From an uncultured Candidatus Binatia bacterium (GTDB lineage Bacteria > Desulfobacterota > Binatia > Bin18), in the NCBI GenBank assembly GCA_965200125.1, contig OZ241332.1, positions 2,627,260 through 2,691,259 of the forward strand: a stretch of 64,000 nucleotides of DNA, written 5' to 3'. Position 1 is the first letter of the stretch. Each line of letters begins with the position of its first letter. A model generated the notes under the pieces. The model did not search any database, was not told where the DNA came from, and worked only from the letters and a program-made list of their open reading frames with translations. The position numbers and the translations under genes are program-made. Positions 46,634 through 56,660 of the stretch are shown in pieces.

Positions 46634-49036
46634 TCAGACGCCCCGGAAATTATAGGTCAGTTCCAGGCCGAAGGTGCGGCCCTTCGCCAGCGGGGAGAAG
46701 GTGCCGGCCCCGAGCGAGGCCGGCAACTGCGTATCACCGCCGAAGCGGGCCACGTCCAGCAGGTTCTTGCCGTACAGGCCGATGATCCACTGCCCGTCGT
46801 TGACGTACAGGTCCACGCCGGCGTCGAGGATCTTCTGCTGGCGGTTGAACCCGAGATTGTCGTCGCTGTCGTACCACTTGTCGCGGTACGCATAGTTGAT
46901 CCGCGAGGCGAGCCGGTGGCGATGGCCGAGCCGCAGCGTGTGCAGCAAACCGAAGCTGTACGTCCAGCGCGGGGCGCGCGGCGGGTCGAGGTCCTCGTCC
47001 CGGCCGTTCACCTCACCGTCGCGGTTCAGGTCGAATTTGACCTTGTCGTACTCCGTGTCCACGTAGCCCGCGGACCCGAGCAGAACCAAGCTGGGCGTCA
47101 GGGCGAAACTGCTTTCGACCTCGAAGCCCCACAGTTCGGCGTCGGCCGTGTTGCGGATCACCTGCACGACGTTCCCTTGCGTCCGCAGACTGGGCCGCCC
47201 GCCGACGAAGTCGATCACGGGGGCGCCGGTCGCCGGATTGATGACGGGAAGCTCCTGCGGGAACACCAGTTCGCGCTGCATGTCGTCGATGAAGTTGTAG
47301 AAAAAGGCCGCGTTGACGCGGGCGCGCGTGCCGAACGTCTTCTTGAGGCCGATCTCGAAATTATCGATCTGCTCTTCGTCGAACGCCTGGGCGTCCAGGT
47401 CGCGGGGAATCACCAGCCCGAGCGCTTCGAGTTGCGCGACCTGCACGGCCGGCAGCGTGCGGCGCAGATTCAGGAACGTGTCGCGCAGGTTGTAGCCGCC
47501 GGACCGGAAGCCGCGCGTCCAGTGCGCGTACAGCAGGGTGTCGTCGTCGAAGCGGTAGGTCAGCCCGATCTTGGGCGACAGGTTGCTCCAGCTTTCGTCG
47601 TCTTTGAAATGGGTGGGGCAGTCGGGGCCATCCACGATGTGGCACGGCGCGGCGTTGGTATTCCGGGTCAGGTTGGTGATGGCGGCTTCCTTATCCTCAT
47701 GGGTCCAGCGCAGACCCGCGTTGAACGTCAGCTTGTCGGTCAGGTCGTAATCGCCGTTCATGAACAGCCCGAAGGTTTCGACGTCGTAGTCGCCGCCGCC
47801 GTGCTGCCGCACCGTCCCGAAGGCCAGGTCGCGCGACTCGTGGTATTTGATCTCGTTGTTGAAATAGTAGAAGCCGGTCGTCAGGAACAGCCGGTCGAAG
47901 AACAGTCCGGCGTAGCGCAGCTCGTTGCTGAACTGTTCCGCGGCCAGGTCGGCGCCGCCGTGGAACAGCGGCCGCGGCGTGGCGTCGATGTCGCTCAGCG
48001 CGTTCCCCTCGCTGTCGCGCCAGCCGAAGATGTTGGTGACCGTGCCGTTGCCCAACGCCACGTTCCAGTCCGCGCGGAAGTTGAAGAAGTGCACTTCGGC
48101 CCGGTTGTAGCCCTCTTCGTCGATCGCGAAATCGTGGCTGTCGCGGTCGTAGTTGGCGAACGGGTTGGCGCGTCCCAAGCCGTCGGTATGGTTCTGGGCG
48201 GGCGGGCCGTCGCCGTCGATGTCCTGATATTCGTAGCGCAGCGTCAGGTCGAGGTTCTTCGTGGGCTGCCAGGAGAAGACCGGGCGCAGCATCAGCGTGT
48301 CCTGCGCGCCGAACGCCTTGCCGTTGAGCCGGTTCTTGAACCAGCCCTGGTCCTGGTTGGAGTACACGGTGAACCGGGCGCCCAGGGTGTCCGTCAGCGG
48401 GGCGTTCAGCGTGCCCGACACGTACACGTTGGGCGCCTTGCCGCCGCCTTCCACCGCACTGCGCACCGTGGCTTCGTAGGAGTCGGTCGGCTTCCTGGTG
48501 TTGAGCAGGACGGCGCCGCCGACCACGTTGCGGCCGAACAGCACGCCCTGCGGGCCGCGCAGGACCTCGATGCCCTCCAGGTCGAAGGTGTCGTACAGCA
48601 CCGTGGCGTTGGTCCCCATATACACCCCGTCGACGAACACGCCGACGGTCGGGTCGATGGACGGAATGGAACTGTTGATCCCGAGGCCGCGGATGGAGAA
48701 GTTCGCCACGCCGCGCGTCGTCCCCACGTCGTCCAGCGTGACGTTGGGCATGTTGATGGACAGGCTGGTCAGGTCGCGCACCTTCAGGGCGTCGATCCGT
48801 TCCGCGTCGAAGGCGGTGACGGACACGGGCACGTCCTGGAGCAGTTGCTCCCGCTTCTGGGCGGTGACCACGACGTCTTCGAGCAGCAGGGGCGTCTCTG
48901 CGGCCGCCGCCTCACCCCCCCCCGTCTCGCTTTCCTGGGCCGCGGCCGGCAACGCGCCGACCGTCAGCGCGAGGCACAGGACGAGGACGCGCAGAGCGGC
49001 TGGCATTCCGTCGATACGATGTGGTGTCTTCTCCAT
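46634..49036 (-). CDS. TonB-dependent receptor (paralogue 3 of 5)
   Basis: LEDVVVTAQKRE TonB-box region, IEVLRGPQGVLFGRN, C-terminus GRTFGLELTYNFRGV; likely start 49036. Confidence 0.94.
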   Translation of the reverse strand: MEKTPHRIDGMPAALRVLVLCLALTVGALPAAAQESETGGGEAAAAETPLLLEDVVVTAQKREQLLQDVPVSVTAFDAERIDALKVRDLTSLSINMPNVTLDDVGTTRGVANFSIRGLGINSSIPSIDPTVGVFVDGVYMGTNATVLYDTFDLEGIEVLRGPQGVLFGRNVVGGAVLLNTRKPTDSYEATVRSAVEGGGKAPNVYVSGTLNAPLTDTLGARFTVYSNQDQGWFKNRLNGKAFGAQDTLMLRPVFSWQPTKNLDLTLRYEYQDIDGDGPPAQNHTDGLGRANPFANYDRDSHDFAIDEEGYNRAEVHFFNFRADWNVALGNGTVTNIFGWRDSEGNALSDIDATPRPLFHGGADLAAEQFSNELRYAGLFFDRLFLTTGFYYFNNEIKYHESRDLAFGTVRQHGGGDYDVETFGLFMNGDYDLTDKLTFNAGLRWTHEDKEAAITNLTRNTNAAPCHIVDGPDCPTHFKDDESWSNLSPKIGLTYRFDDDTLLYAHWTRGFRSGGYNLRDTFLNLRRTLPAVQVAQLEALGLVIPRDLDAQAFDEEQIDNFEIGLKKTFGTRARVNAAFFYNFIDDMQRELVFPQELPVINPATGAPVIDFVGGRPSLRTQGNVVQVIRNTADAELWGFEVESSFALTPSLVLLGSAGYVDTEYDKVKFDLNRDGEVNGRDEDLDPPRAPRWTYSFGLLHTLRLGHRHRLASRINYAYRDKWYDSDDNLGFNRQQKILDAGVDLYVNDGQWIIGLYGKNLLDVARFGGDTQLPASLGAGTFSPLAKGRTFGLELTYNFRGV

Positions 49037-49344
49037 GCGTATGCTCCATTTCGGCCGCGGTGTGGTGCCGCGGGTGCGGGTGTGGTTGGAAAATTCCGTA
49101 TCGAGAGACCGGAGCGGGGAACGCGTGCGTCGCGCTCGGCGAAACGCTGACGGAGGCGCTGCCTCCGTCAGTCGCCGTAGAGACCCCTCCAAGGCCGCAA
49201 CCCTACGCAGAATCCGGGAGCGGGTAAAGTGCTGCTTCCTGCTTTCATTCCGGTCTTGATGCGTGTCTCGGTGGAAAATTCTCGGTTGATTGGACGTTGG
49301 TGCCGTGGTCGGGGACCCTCTCCCTGGTCTCCGAGTCTGCGGTG

Positions 49345-50100
49345 TCCTGAGCTTGTCGAAGGGCCGAGGGTGGGGGCGAAGGCCGAGGTGCCGTCGGGGT
49401 TCGTTTCGATGTTTCGACCTTTCGACAAGCTCAAGGCACCGCAAGCTCAACGAACTTGGGGGCGGCGAGGTCCCTGAGCTTGTCGAAGGGCCGGGGCGGG
49501 GGGCGAAGGCTGAGGTGCCGTCGGGGTTCGTTTCGATGTTTCGACAAGCTCAACACATCGCAGGCTCAACGAACTTGGGGGCGGCGAGGTCCCTGAGCTT
49601 GTCGAAGGGCCGGGGCGGGAGCGAAGGCCGGGGTGCCGTCGGGGTTCGTTTCGATGTTTCGACAAGCTCAACACATCGCAGGCTCAACGAACTTGGGGGC
49701 GGCGAGGTCCCTGAGCTTGTCGAAGGGCCGGGGCGGGAGCGAAGGCCGAGGTGCCGTCGGGGTTCGTTTCGACAAGCTCAACGAACTTGGGGGCGGCGAG
49801 GTCCCTGAGCTTGTCGAAGGGCCGGGGTGGGGGGCGAAGGCTGAGGTGCCGTCGGGGTTCGTTTCGACAGGCTCAACGAACTTGGGGGCAGCGAGGTCCT
49901 TGAGCTTGTCGAAGGGCCGGGGCGGGGGGCGAAGGCCGAGGTGCCGTCGGGGTTCGTTTCGACAAGCTCAACGAACTTGGGGGCGGCGAGGTCCCTGAGC
50001 TTGTCGAAGGGCCGGGGCGGGGGGCGAAGGCCGAGGTGCCGTCGGGGTTCGTTTCGACAGGCTCAACGAACTTGGGGATGGGAAGGTCCCCGAGCTTGCG
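49345..50100. repeat. Tandem array of seven ~95-127 bp palindromic units (BIME-like, not CRISPR)
   Basis: TGAGCTTGTCGAAGGG starts at 49348, 49475, 49594, 49712, 49806, 49901 and 49996 (partial copy at 50091); intervening sequences are near-identical. Confidence 0.93.
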
Positions 50101-50163
50101 CTGCTTTGCTCTTGGTTGGTGAGCCTGCGCCGCCGGCTCGAAAGCGGCATGGCGGAGACGCGC

Positions 50164-52410
50164 TCAGACGCCCGCGAAGTTATAGGTCAACTCCAGGCCG
50201 AAGGTGCGGCCTTTCATCAGCGGGGAGAAGTCGCCGAACGAGGAGACGAAGTTGATGCCGTGGCCGACCTCGTCCAGCAGGTTCTTGCCGTACAGGCCGA
50301 TCGCCCAGCGGCCGTCGGCGAGATGCAGGTCCACCCCGGCCTCCAGCTTCTTGAGTTGGCGGTTGAATCCCCGGTTGTTGTCCTGGTGGTATTCCTTGTC
50401 CCGATAGGAGTACTGCACCCGCGTGTCGAGCCGGTGCGCGTGGCCGAGAGGCAGGCGGTGACGCAGCCCCAGGCTGTACGTCCAGGTCGGCGCGCGGATC
50501 GGGTCGAGGGCTTCGTCCTTCCCGTCCACCGCGCCGTCGCCGTTCAAGTCGCGCCAGACGTCGGTATAGTTCGTGTCCAGATAGCCGAGCGAGCCGTGGA
50601 GCACGAGGCCGTCCGCCAGCGCCACGGACCCGTCGAGTTCGACGCCGAACAGATTCAGGTCCGCGGTGTTGAGCGTGTTCTGTACCGCGGACCCGGTCGC
50701 GCTGCCCGTCAGCACCACGCGCTGCAGGTCTTCGACCATGTTGAAGAACACCGCACCGTTGAGCCGCGCACGCGCCCCGAACGTGCGTTTGAAGCCCAGC
50801 TCGAAATTGTCCACCTTCTCCTCGTCCGTCGGGCCGGGGTCGGTGCCGTCCGCGGTGATGCGCACGTTGTAATTGCCGGACCGGAACCCGCGCGTCCAAT
50901 GCCAGTACACCAGCGTGTGCTCCGCGGGCCGCCACGTCAGCCCGACCTTGGGCGAAAAGCTGTTCCAGCGTTCCTCGTCCGTGAAATCGCTCGGGCAGCG
51001 CGGGCCGCGCACCATGTCGCAGCCGGGGGCGGCCCGGTCGGTCCGCCGGTTGCGTTGCACGTAGGCCACGTCGACTTCCTTCTCCTCGTGCGTGTAGCGC
51101 AACCCCGCGGTCAGCGTCAGCCAGTCGGTCAGGTCGTAGTCCCCACTCACGAACAGCCCCAGCGTGTCCACGTCGTAGTAGCCGCCGCCGAACTGGTCGT
51201 ACGGGGCGAACTCCTGCCATTGGTGGTAGTCGAGGTCGTTGGTGAAATAATAGACGCCGGTGGACAGGCGCAGCCGGTCGAAGAACACGCCGGTGTAGCG
51301 CAATTCGTTGCTGAACTGTTCGGACTCCTGCCGCGTCCCCAGGTTGTAGGCGAACTGGTCCATCGGCGTGCCGTCGAGGTCGCTCAGGGCGTGGCTGCGC
51401 GTGGTGCGCCAGCCGAAGATGTCCGTCAGCGTGCCGTTGCCCAACGCCACGTCCCAATCCAGCCGCGCGTTGAAGAAGTGCACCTCCGCGTCGAGAAAGC
51501 CGTCCTCGTCCACGAAGAATTTATGGTCGCGGCGGTCGTAATAGCGCGTGTTCTGGCTGGCCGGCCCGTCGGCGTCGATGTGCTGGCATTCGTAGCGCAG
51601 CGTCAGGTCCACGTTCTCGGCCGGCGCCCAGTTCACGACCGGGCGCAGCATCAGCGTGTCCTGCGCGCCGAACGCCTTGCCGTCGCGCCGGTTCTCGAAC
51701 CAGCCCTGATCCTGATTGGAATACACCGAGAAGCGGACTGCCAGCCGCTCGGCCAGCGGCGCGTTGAGCGTGGCGGACGTGAAGAAGTTCGGCGCCTTGC
51801 CGCCGCCCTCCACCGCGCTGCGCACTTTCGCTTCGTACCGGTCGGTCGGGGCTTTGGTATTGAGCAGCACGGCGCCGCCGACCACGTTGCGGCCGAACAG
51901 CACGCCCTGCGGGCCGCGCAGCACCTCGATGCCGTCCAGGTCGAAGGCGTCGTACAGCATCACCGTGCTCGTGCCCATATAGACCCCGTCCACGAACACC
52001 CCCACGGTCGGATCGACGGAGGGGACCGAACTGTTCACGCCCATGCCGCGGATGGAGAAATTCGCGGTGCCGCGCGAGGTGCCGATCTCGTCGAACCCCA
52101 CGTTGGGAATGCCGACGGTGAGGTCGCGCAGGTCGCGCAGCTTCGTCGCGGCGAGTTGCTCGGCATCGAAGGCGGTGATGGACAGCGGCACGTCCTGAAT
52201 GAGTTGCTCGCGTTTCTGCGCGGTCACGACGACGGCGTCCAGCAGCGCGGTGTCCTCTTCGGCCGCGGACTCCGCATCGGCTGTGGACGGAGCATCTTGC
52301 GCCGCGGCCGGCAGCGGAGCGGTCGCCAGTACCAGCGCCGTTCCCAACGCGAGCAGGCGCCGGAGCGGGGTGCGGTCGGGGAGGCGGAGCGTGCTGTGGA
52401 CGGGGCTCAT
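50164..52410 (-). CDS. TonB-dependent receptor (paralogue 4 of 5)
   Basis: LDAVVVTAQKRE, plug motifs, C-terminus GRTFGLELTYNFAGV. Confidence 0.94.
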   Translation of the reverse strand: MSPVHSTLRLPDRTPLRRLLALGTALVLATAPLPAAAQDAPSTADAESAAEEDTALLDAVVVTAQKREQLIQDVPLSITAFDAEQLAATKLRDLRDLTVGIPNVGFDEIGTSRGTANFSIRGMGVNSSVPSVDPTVGVFVDGVYMGTSTVMLYDAFDLDGIEVLRGPQGVLFGRNVVGGAVLLNTKAPTDRYEAKVRSAVEGGGKAPNFFTSATLNAPLAERLAVRFSVYSNQDQGWFENRRDGKAFGAQDTLMLRPVVNWAPAENVDLTLRYECQHIDADGPASQNTRYYDRRDHKFFVDEDGFLDAEVHFFNARLDWDVALGNGTLTDIFGWRTTRSHALSDLDGTPMDQFAYNLGTRQESEQFSNELRYTGVFFDRLRLSTGVYYFTNDLDYHQWQEFAPYDQFGGGYYDVDTLGLFVSGDYDLTDWLTLTAGLRYTHEEKEVDVAYVQRNRRTDRAAPGCDMVRGPRCPSDFTDEERWNSFSPKVGLTWRPAEHTLVYWHWTRGFRSGNYNVRITADGTDPGPTDEEKVDNFELGFKRTFGARARLNGAVFFNMVEDLQRVVLTGSATGSAVQNTLNTADLNLFGVELDGSVALADGLVLHGSLGYLDTNYTDVWRDLNGDGAVDGKDEALDPIRAPTWTYSLGLRHRLPLGHAHRLDTRVQYSYRDKEYHQDNNRGFNRQLKKLEAGVDLHLADGRWAIGLYGKNLLDEVGHGINFVSSFGDFSPLMKGRTFGLELTYNFAGV

Positions 52411-52453
52411 CGTCTTCTCCTTCTCATTCAGTTGCGATGCTGCGGCCGGGGGA

Positions 52454-52632
52454 CCCTCTCTCCCGGATCGAGTCCGGGGCAGGCTCTAATCCTCCCCCGG
52501 AGGGGGAGGGGACGGAAAGGGATTACAGACAGGATAGTTTCCAAGACTCACCCCAGCTTGCCCCTCCTTATCCCAATAAAAAGCAAATCCCCTCTCCCTC
52601 CCCTTCGACAGGCTCAGGGACCAGGGAGAGGG
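52454..52632. repeat. Composite palindromic repeats between TBDR 4 and TBDR 5
   Basis: cccggatcgagtccggggcaggctc module and cccttcgacaggctcagggaccag module inside CCCTCTCCC-type repeats. Confidence 0.75.
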
Positions 52633-52722
52633 TCCTCTTGGAGTCGCCTCGACATTGTACACTCGAACACTCCAGAACACTCCGTTCTTCCCCCGCTCGC
52701 AGGCGGAATGGCGGAGACGCCC

Positions 52723-54981
52723 TCAGACGCCCCGAAAACGATAGGTCAACTCCAGGCCGAAGGTGCGGCCCTTCATCAGCGTCGAAAAGACGCCGAACGA
52801 GGTGCGCAGGTTCCCGCCGTGACTGACCTCGTCCAACAGGTTCTTGCCGTACACGCCGATCGCCCAGCGGCCGTCGGCGAGATACAGGTCCAGCCCGGCC
52901 TCCAATTTCTTGAGTTGGCGGTTGAATCCCGTGTTGTCGTCCGAGTGGTACTCCCGGTCCCGGTACGCATACTGCACCCGCGCGTCGAGCCGGTGCCGGC
53001 GGCCGAGGGGCAGGCGGTGGAGCAGCCCCAGGCTGTACGTCCAGGTCGGCGCGCGGATCGGGTCGAGGGCTTCGTCTCTCCCGTCCACCGCGCCGTCGCC
53101 GTTCAGGTCGCGGCGGACTTCCGTGTAGTCCGTGTCCAGATAGCCCAGCGATCCGTGGAGCACGAGGCCGTCCGCCAGCGCCACGGACCCGTCGAGTTCG
53201 ACGCCGAACAGATTCAGGTCCGCGGTGTTGAGCGTATCCTGTACCGCTATGGCCGTGCCGATGTCGCTGCGCACCACCACGCGCTGCAAATCCTCGACCA
53301 TGTTGAAGAAGACCGCGCCGTTGAGCCGGACGCGCGAACCCGGCGTGCTCTTGAAGCCGAGCTCGAAGTTATCGACCTGCTCCTCGTCGGTCGGGCCGGG
53401 ATCGGTGCCGTCGGCCGTGATGCGCACGTTGTAGTTGCCCGACCGGAAGCCGCGCGTCCAATGCCAGTACACCAGCAGGCGGTCCGCGGGCCGGAGCGTC
53501 AGCCCGACCTTGGGCGAAAAGCTGTTCCAGCGTTCGTCGCCCGCGAAATCGCTGGGACAGCGCGGGCCGCGCACCATGTTGCAGCCGGGATCGTCCAGGT
53601 CGGTCCGCGGGTTGCGTTGCAGATAGGCGACGTCCGCTTCCTTCTCCTCGTGGGTATAGCGCAGCCCCGCGGTCAGCGTCAGCCAGGCGGTCAGGTCGTA
53701 GTCCCCGCTCACGAACAGCCCCAGCGTGTCCACGTCGTAATAGCCGCCGCCGAACTGGTTGAGCTCCGCGAACTCCCGCCACTCCTGATAGTCGAGGTCG
53801 TTGGTGAAGTAATAGACGCCGGTGGACAGGCGCAGCCGGTCGAAGAACACGCCCGTGTAGCGCAACTCGTTGCTGAACTGCTCCGCGGCCTGCTCGGTGC
53901 CGAAATCCAACCGGAACTGCTGCCTGGGCGTGCCGTCCAGGTCGCTCAGGGCGTGGCTGCGCGTGGTGCGCCAGCCGAAGATGTTCGTCAGCGTGCCGTT
54001 ACCCAAGCCGACGTCCCAATCCAGCCGCGCGTTGAGGAAATGCACCTCCGCGTCGAGAAAGCCGTCCTCGTCCACGAAGAATTTGTGATCGCGGCGGTCG
54101 TAATACCGCTGGTTCTGGGCGGCCGGCCCGTCGGCGTCGATGCTTTGGTACTCGTAGCGGAGCGTCAAATCGACGGTGTCGGTCGGCCTCCAGTGCACGA
54201 CGGGGCGGAGCATCAGCGTATCCTGCGCGCCGAACGCCTTGCCGTCGCGGCGGTTCTCGAACCAGCCCTGGTCCTGGTTGGAATACACCGAGAAGCGGAC
54301 CGCCAACGTGTCCGCCAGCGGCGCGTTGAGCGTGGCGGACGTGAAGAAGTTGGGCGCCTTGCCGCCGCCTTCCACCGCGCTGCGGACCGTGGCTTCGTAC
54401 CGGTCGATCGGGGCTTTGGTATTGAGCAGCACGGCGCCGCCGACCACGTTGCGACCGAACAGCACGCCCTGCGGGCCGCGCAGCACCTCGATGCCGTCCA
54501 GGTCGAAGGCGTCGTACAGCATCACCGTGTTCGTGCCCATATAGACCCCGTCCACGAACACGCCCACGGTCGGATCGACGGACGGGACCGACCCGCTGAC
54601 GCCCATGCCGCGGATGGAGAAATTCGCGGTGCCGCGCGAGGTGCCGATCTCGTCGAGCCCCACGTTCGGAATGCCGACGGTCAGGTCGCGCAGGTCGCGG
54701 AGCTTCACGGTGTCGAGATGTTCGGCGTCGAAGGCGGTGATGGACAGCGGCACGTCCTGAATGAGTTGCTCGCGTTTCTGCGCGGTCACGACGACGGCGT
54801 CCAGCAGCGCGGCGCCGGCTTCGGGCGCCGTATCAGCCGCCGGCGGAGGGTCCTGCGCCGCGGCCGACGCCGGAAGGATCGCCAACGGCAGCAGGACGCC
54901 CAGCGTGAGCAGGCGCCACACGGGCGAAGGTCCATATGCGCGGTTCGGTCGGTGCGCGTCCATTCGAGGGATGGGAGACAT
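52723..54981 (-). CDS. TonB-dependent receptor (paralogue 5 of 5)
   Basis: Close paralogue of TBDR 4; C-terminus GRTFGLELTYRFRGV; start uncertain (54981 or 54963). Confidence 0.94.
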   Translation of the reverse strand: MSPIPRMDAHRPNRAYGPSPVWRLLTLGVLLPLAILPASAAAQDPPPAADTAPEAGAALLDAVVVTAQKREQLIQDVPLSITAFDAEHLDTVKLRDLRDLTVGIPNVGLDEIGTSRGTANFSIRGMGVSGSVPSVDPTVGVFVDGVYMGTNTVMLYDAFDLDGIEVLRGPQGVLFGRNVVGGAVLLNTKAPIDRYEATVRSAVEGGGKAPNFFTSATLNAPLADTLAVRFSVYSNQDQGWFENRRDGKAFGAQDTLMLRPVVHWRPTDTVDLTLRYEYQSIDADGPAAQNQRYYDRRDHKFFVDEDGFLDAEVHFLNARLDWDVGLGNGTLTNIFGWRTTRSHALSDLDGTPRQQFRLDFGTEQAAEQFSNELRYTGVFFDRLRLSTGVYYFTNDLDYQEWREFAELNQFGGGYYDVDTLGLFVSGDYDLTAWLTLTAGLRYTHEEKEADVAYLQRNPRTDLDDPGCNMVRGPRCPSDFAGDERWNSFSPKVGLTLRPADRLLVYWHWTRGFRSGNYNVRITADGTDPGPTDEEQVDNFELGFKSTPGSRVRLNGAVFFNMVEDLQRVVVRSDIGTAIAVQDTLNTADLNLFGVELDGSVALADGLVLHGSLGYLDTDYTEVRRDLNGDGAVDGRDEALDPIRAPTWTYSLGLLHRLPLGRRHRLDARVQYAYRDREYHSDDNTGFNRQLKKLEAGLDLYLADGRWAIGVYGKNLLDEVSHGGNLRTSFGVFSTLMKGRTFGLELTYRFRGV

Positions 54982-55230
54982 GACGTTTCTCTTTTCCGAT
55001 TCCGAATCCGTCGCCAAGGCGCGGAACTACAACATGGGGTCCGCGGGCGGACAAGGTGGGGGTGTTTCTGGGAACGCGCGTTTTGCAATGCCGAGGGCGA
55101 ATCCGGGGGACCCTCTCCCTAGCCCTCTCCCAGAGGGAGAGGAGATTTGCTTCTTATTGGGAAAATAGAGGCAAGCTAGGGTGGGGCACAGGCTCATCTC
55201 GTCTCTCTTTCCCTTCCCTTTCTGCCCCTT

Positions 55231-55306
55231 TCCTCTCCCCTTCGACAGGCTCGGGGACCAGGGAGAGGGCTAGAGCCTGCCCCTGACTTGATCCGGGGGA
55301 GAGGGG
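55231..55306. repeat. Composite palindromic repeat with two 24-nt modules (reverse orientation)
   Basis: cccttcgacaggctcggggaccag...gagcctgcccctgacttgatccgg. Confidence 0.75.
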
Positions 55307-55446
55307 CCGACGCGGCATCGCATGAGTCCATGAGTTTCAAAATGGTACAGTATAGACTCTCGAAGGCAACGGCGCCGCAAGCCTTGCGCCCGATGAACGG
55401 CCTCCGATACAGTGCGCGGCAATCTCGTACGAGGAGGAGAACGCAC

Positions 55447-56331
55447 ATGCAGATCGGATATTTCGCTATCGGGGTGGGGCTCGCCGCCGATCCCGACGTG
55501 GTCAGCCTGACCGCCCGGACGGTCGAACAGGCGGGCTTTCATTCGCTGTGGGCGCCGGAGCACGTGGTCCTGCTCGACCAATACGGCTCGAAGTACCCGT
55601 ATTCGTTGGACGGCAAAATGCCCATGCCGACGATGCAGATCGACTTTCTCGACCCGTTCGCCGCGCTGACGTACGCCGCGGCGCAGACCTCGACCCTGCG
55701 GCTCGGCACCGGCATCTGCCTGGTGCCCGAACGCAACCCGCTGGTGACCGCCAAGGAAGTCGCCAGCCTGGACAAGCTGTCGGGCGGGCGCTTCGACTTC
55801 GGCGTGGGCGTCGGCTGGCTGGCCGAGGAATTCACCGCGCTCGGCGTACCCTGGGAACGCCGCGCCCAGCGCACGCGCGAGTACCTGAAAGTCATGAAGA
55901 TGCTGTGGACCGAGGAAGAGTCCGAGTTCAGCGGCGAGTTCTGCAGCTTCCCCAAGGTCCGGTCGTATCCCAAGCCCGTCCAGAGCCCGCACCCGCCGAT
56001 CATCTTCGGCGGCGAGAGCGCGCCCGCGTTGCGGCGCGTCGGCGAGGTGGGCGACGGCTGGTTCGGCGTCAACGTGACGCCGGAGTCGTGCAAGGCGCAC
56101 ATCGCGCGCATGGCTGGCTATGCGGAGGCCGCGGGCCGCGACCCGACCGCGCTGCACTATTCGGTGTCCACGGGCATCGGCAAGCCGATCGACATGGACG
56201 AGGTGAAGCAGTTCCGCGACCTGGGCGTGCACCAGATCATCGTCGGCGGCTTCGCGGCCAGCGTGGACGAGATGAAGCGCGACATCGAGACCATGGCCGA
56301 AAAGATCGTGGTTCCCTCGGCCAGCCTGTAA
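55447..56331 (+). CDS. LLM-class (possibly F420-dependent) oxidoreductase
   Basis: SLWAPEHVV, RNPLVTAKEVASLD.LSGGRF..GVGVGW..EEF, PKPVQSPHPPI; GGAGGAG RBS. Confidence 0.9.
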   Translation: MQIGYFAIGVGLAADPDVVSLTARTVEQAGFHSLWAPEHVVLLDQYGSKYPYSLDGKMPMPTMQIDFLDPFAALTYAAAQTSTLRLGTGICLVPERNPLVTAKEVASLDKLSGGRFDFGVGVGWLAEEFTALGVPWERRAQRTREYLKVMKMLWTEEESEFSGEFCSFPKVRSYPKPVQSPHPPIIFGGESAPALRRVGEVGDGWFGVNVTPESCKAHIARMAGYAEAAGRDPTALHYSVSTGIGKPIDMDEVKQFRDLGVHQIIVGGFAASVDEMKRDIETMAEKIVVPSASL

Positions 56332-56364
56332 GCCTGCCGTTTCATCGAAACTGCCACCAAAAGA

Positions 56365-56406
56365 AAGGCGGGGCGCACCCGAATGCGCCCCGCCTTCTCA
56401 TTTTTC
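56365..56406 (+). terminator. Probable intrinsic terminator
   Basis: AAGGCGGGGCGCA-CCCGAA-TGCGCCCCGCCTT followed by CTCATTTTT. Confidence 0.7.
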
Positions 56407-56421
56407 ATTCCCCCTCCCTAA

Positions 56422-56645
56422 GTTCGTTGAGCCTGCGGCGCCTTGAGCTTGCGGTGTCCTGAGCTTGCGGTGCCTTGAGCCTGTCGAAAGGTCGAAACAT
56501 CGAAACGAACCCCAAGGGGACTCCTGCTCTCACACGCTACCCCCCGCCCCCGGCCTTTCGACAGGCTCAAGGACCTTCCCCGCCTCCCCCCTAAGTTCGT
56601 TGAGCCTGTCGAAACGAACCCCGATAGCACCTCGGCCTTCGCACC
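56422..56645. repeat. Multiply nested invariant-loop hairpin cluster
   Basis: Nested structure at 56422-56510 plus two plain copies; reverse-orientation relative of the 49.3-50.1 kb unit. Confidence 0.85.
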
Positions 56646-56660
56646 CCACTCCGCACCCCC

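Noticed and set aside
49037-49340. Cobalamin or TPP riboswitch upstream of the TonB-dependent receptors
   Set aside because: No B12-box or TPP consensus recognisable by eye; an Rfam scan would be needed to exclude it formally
49345-50100. CRISPR array
   Set aside because: Sequences between the repeats are near-identical rather than unique spacers, units are 94-127 bp, and no cas genes are in the window
49290-50255. Repetitive peptides (SLSLSK, PELVEG, STSS) in track ORFs
   Set aside because: Translations of the non-coding hairpin repeats, not proteins
41143-54981. Diversity-generating retroelement acting on the receptor array
   Set aside because: No reverse transcriptase in the window, and paralogue differences include indels and do not look adenine-specific
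50116-55122. 1668-aa plus-strand ORF (and similar long ORFs 40922-43513, 46916-49150, 34532-36763, 32064-34241, 58103-60187)
   Set aside because: Antisense or alternate-frame shadows of real high-GC genes, with no recognisable domains
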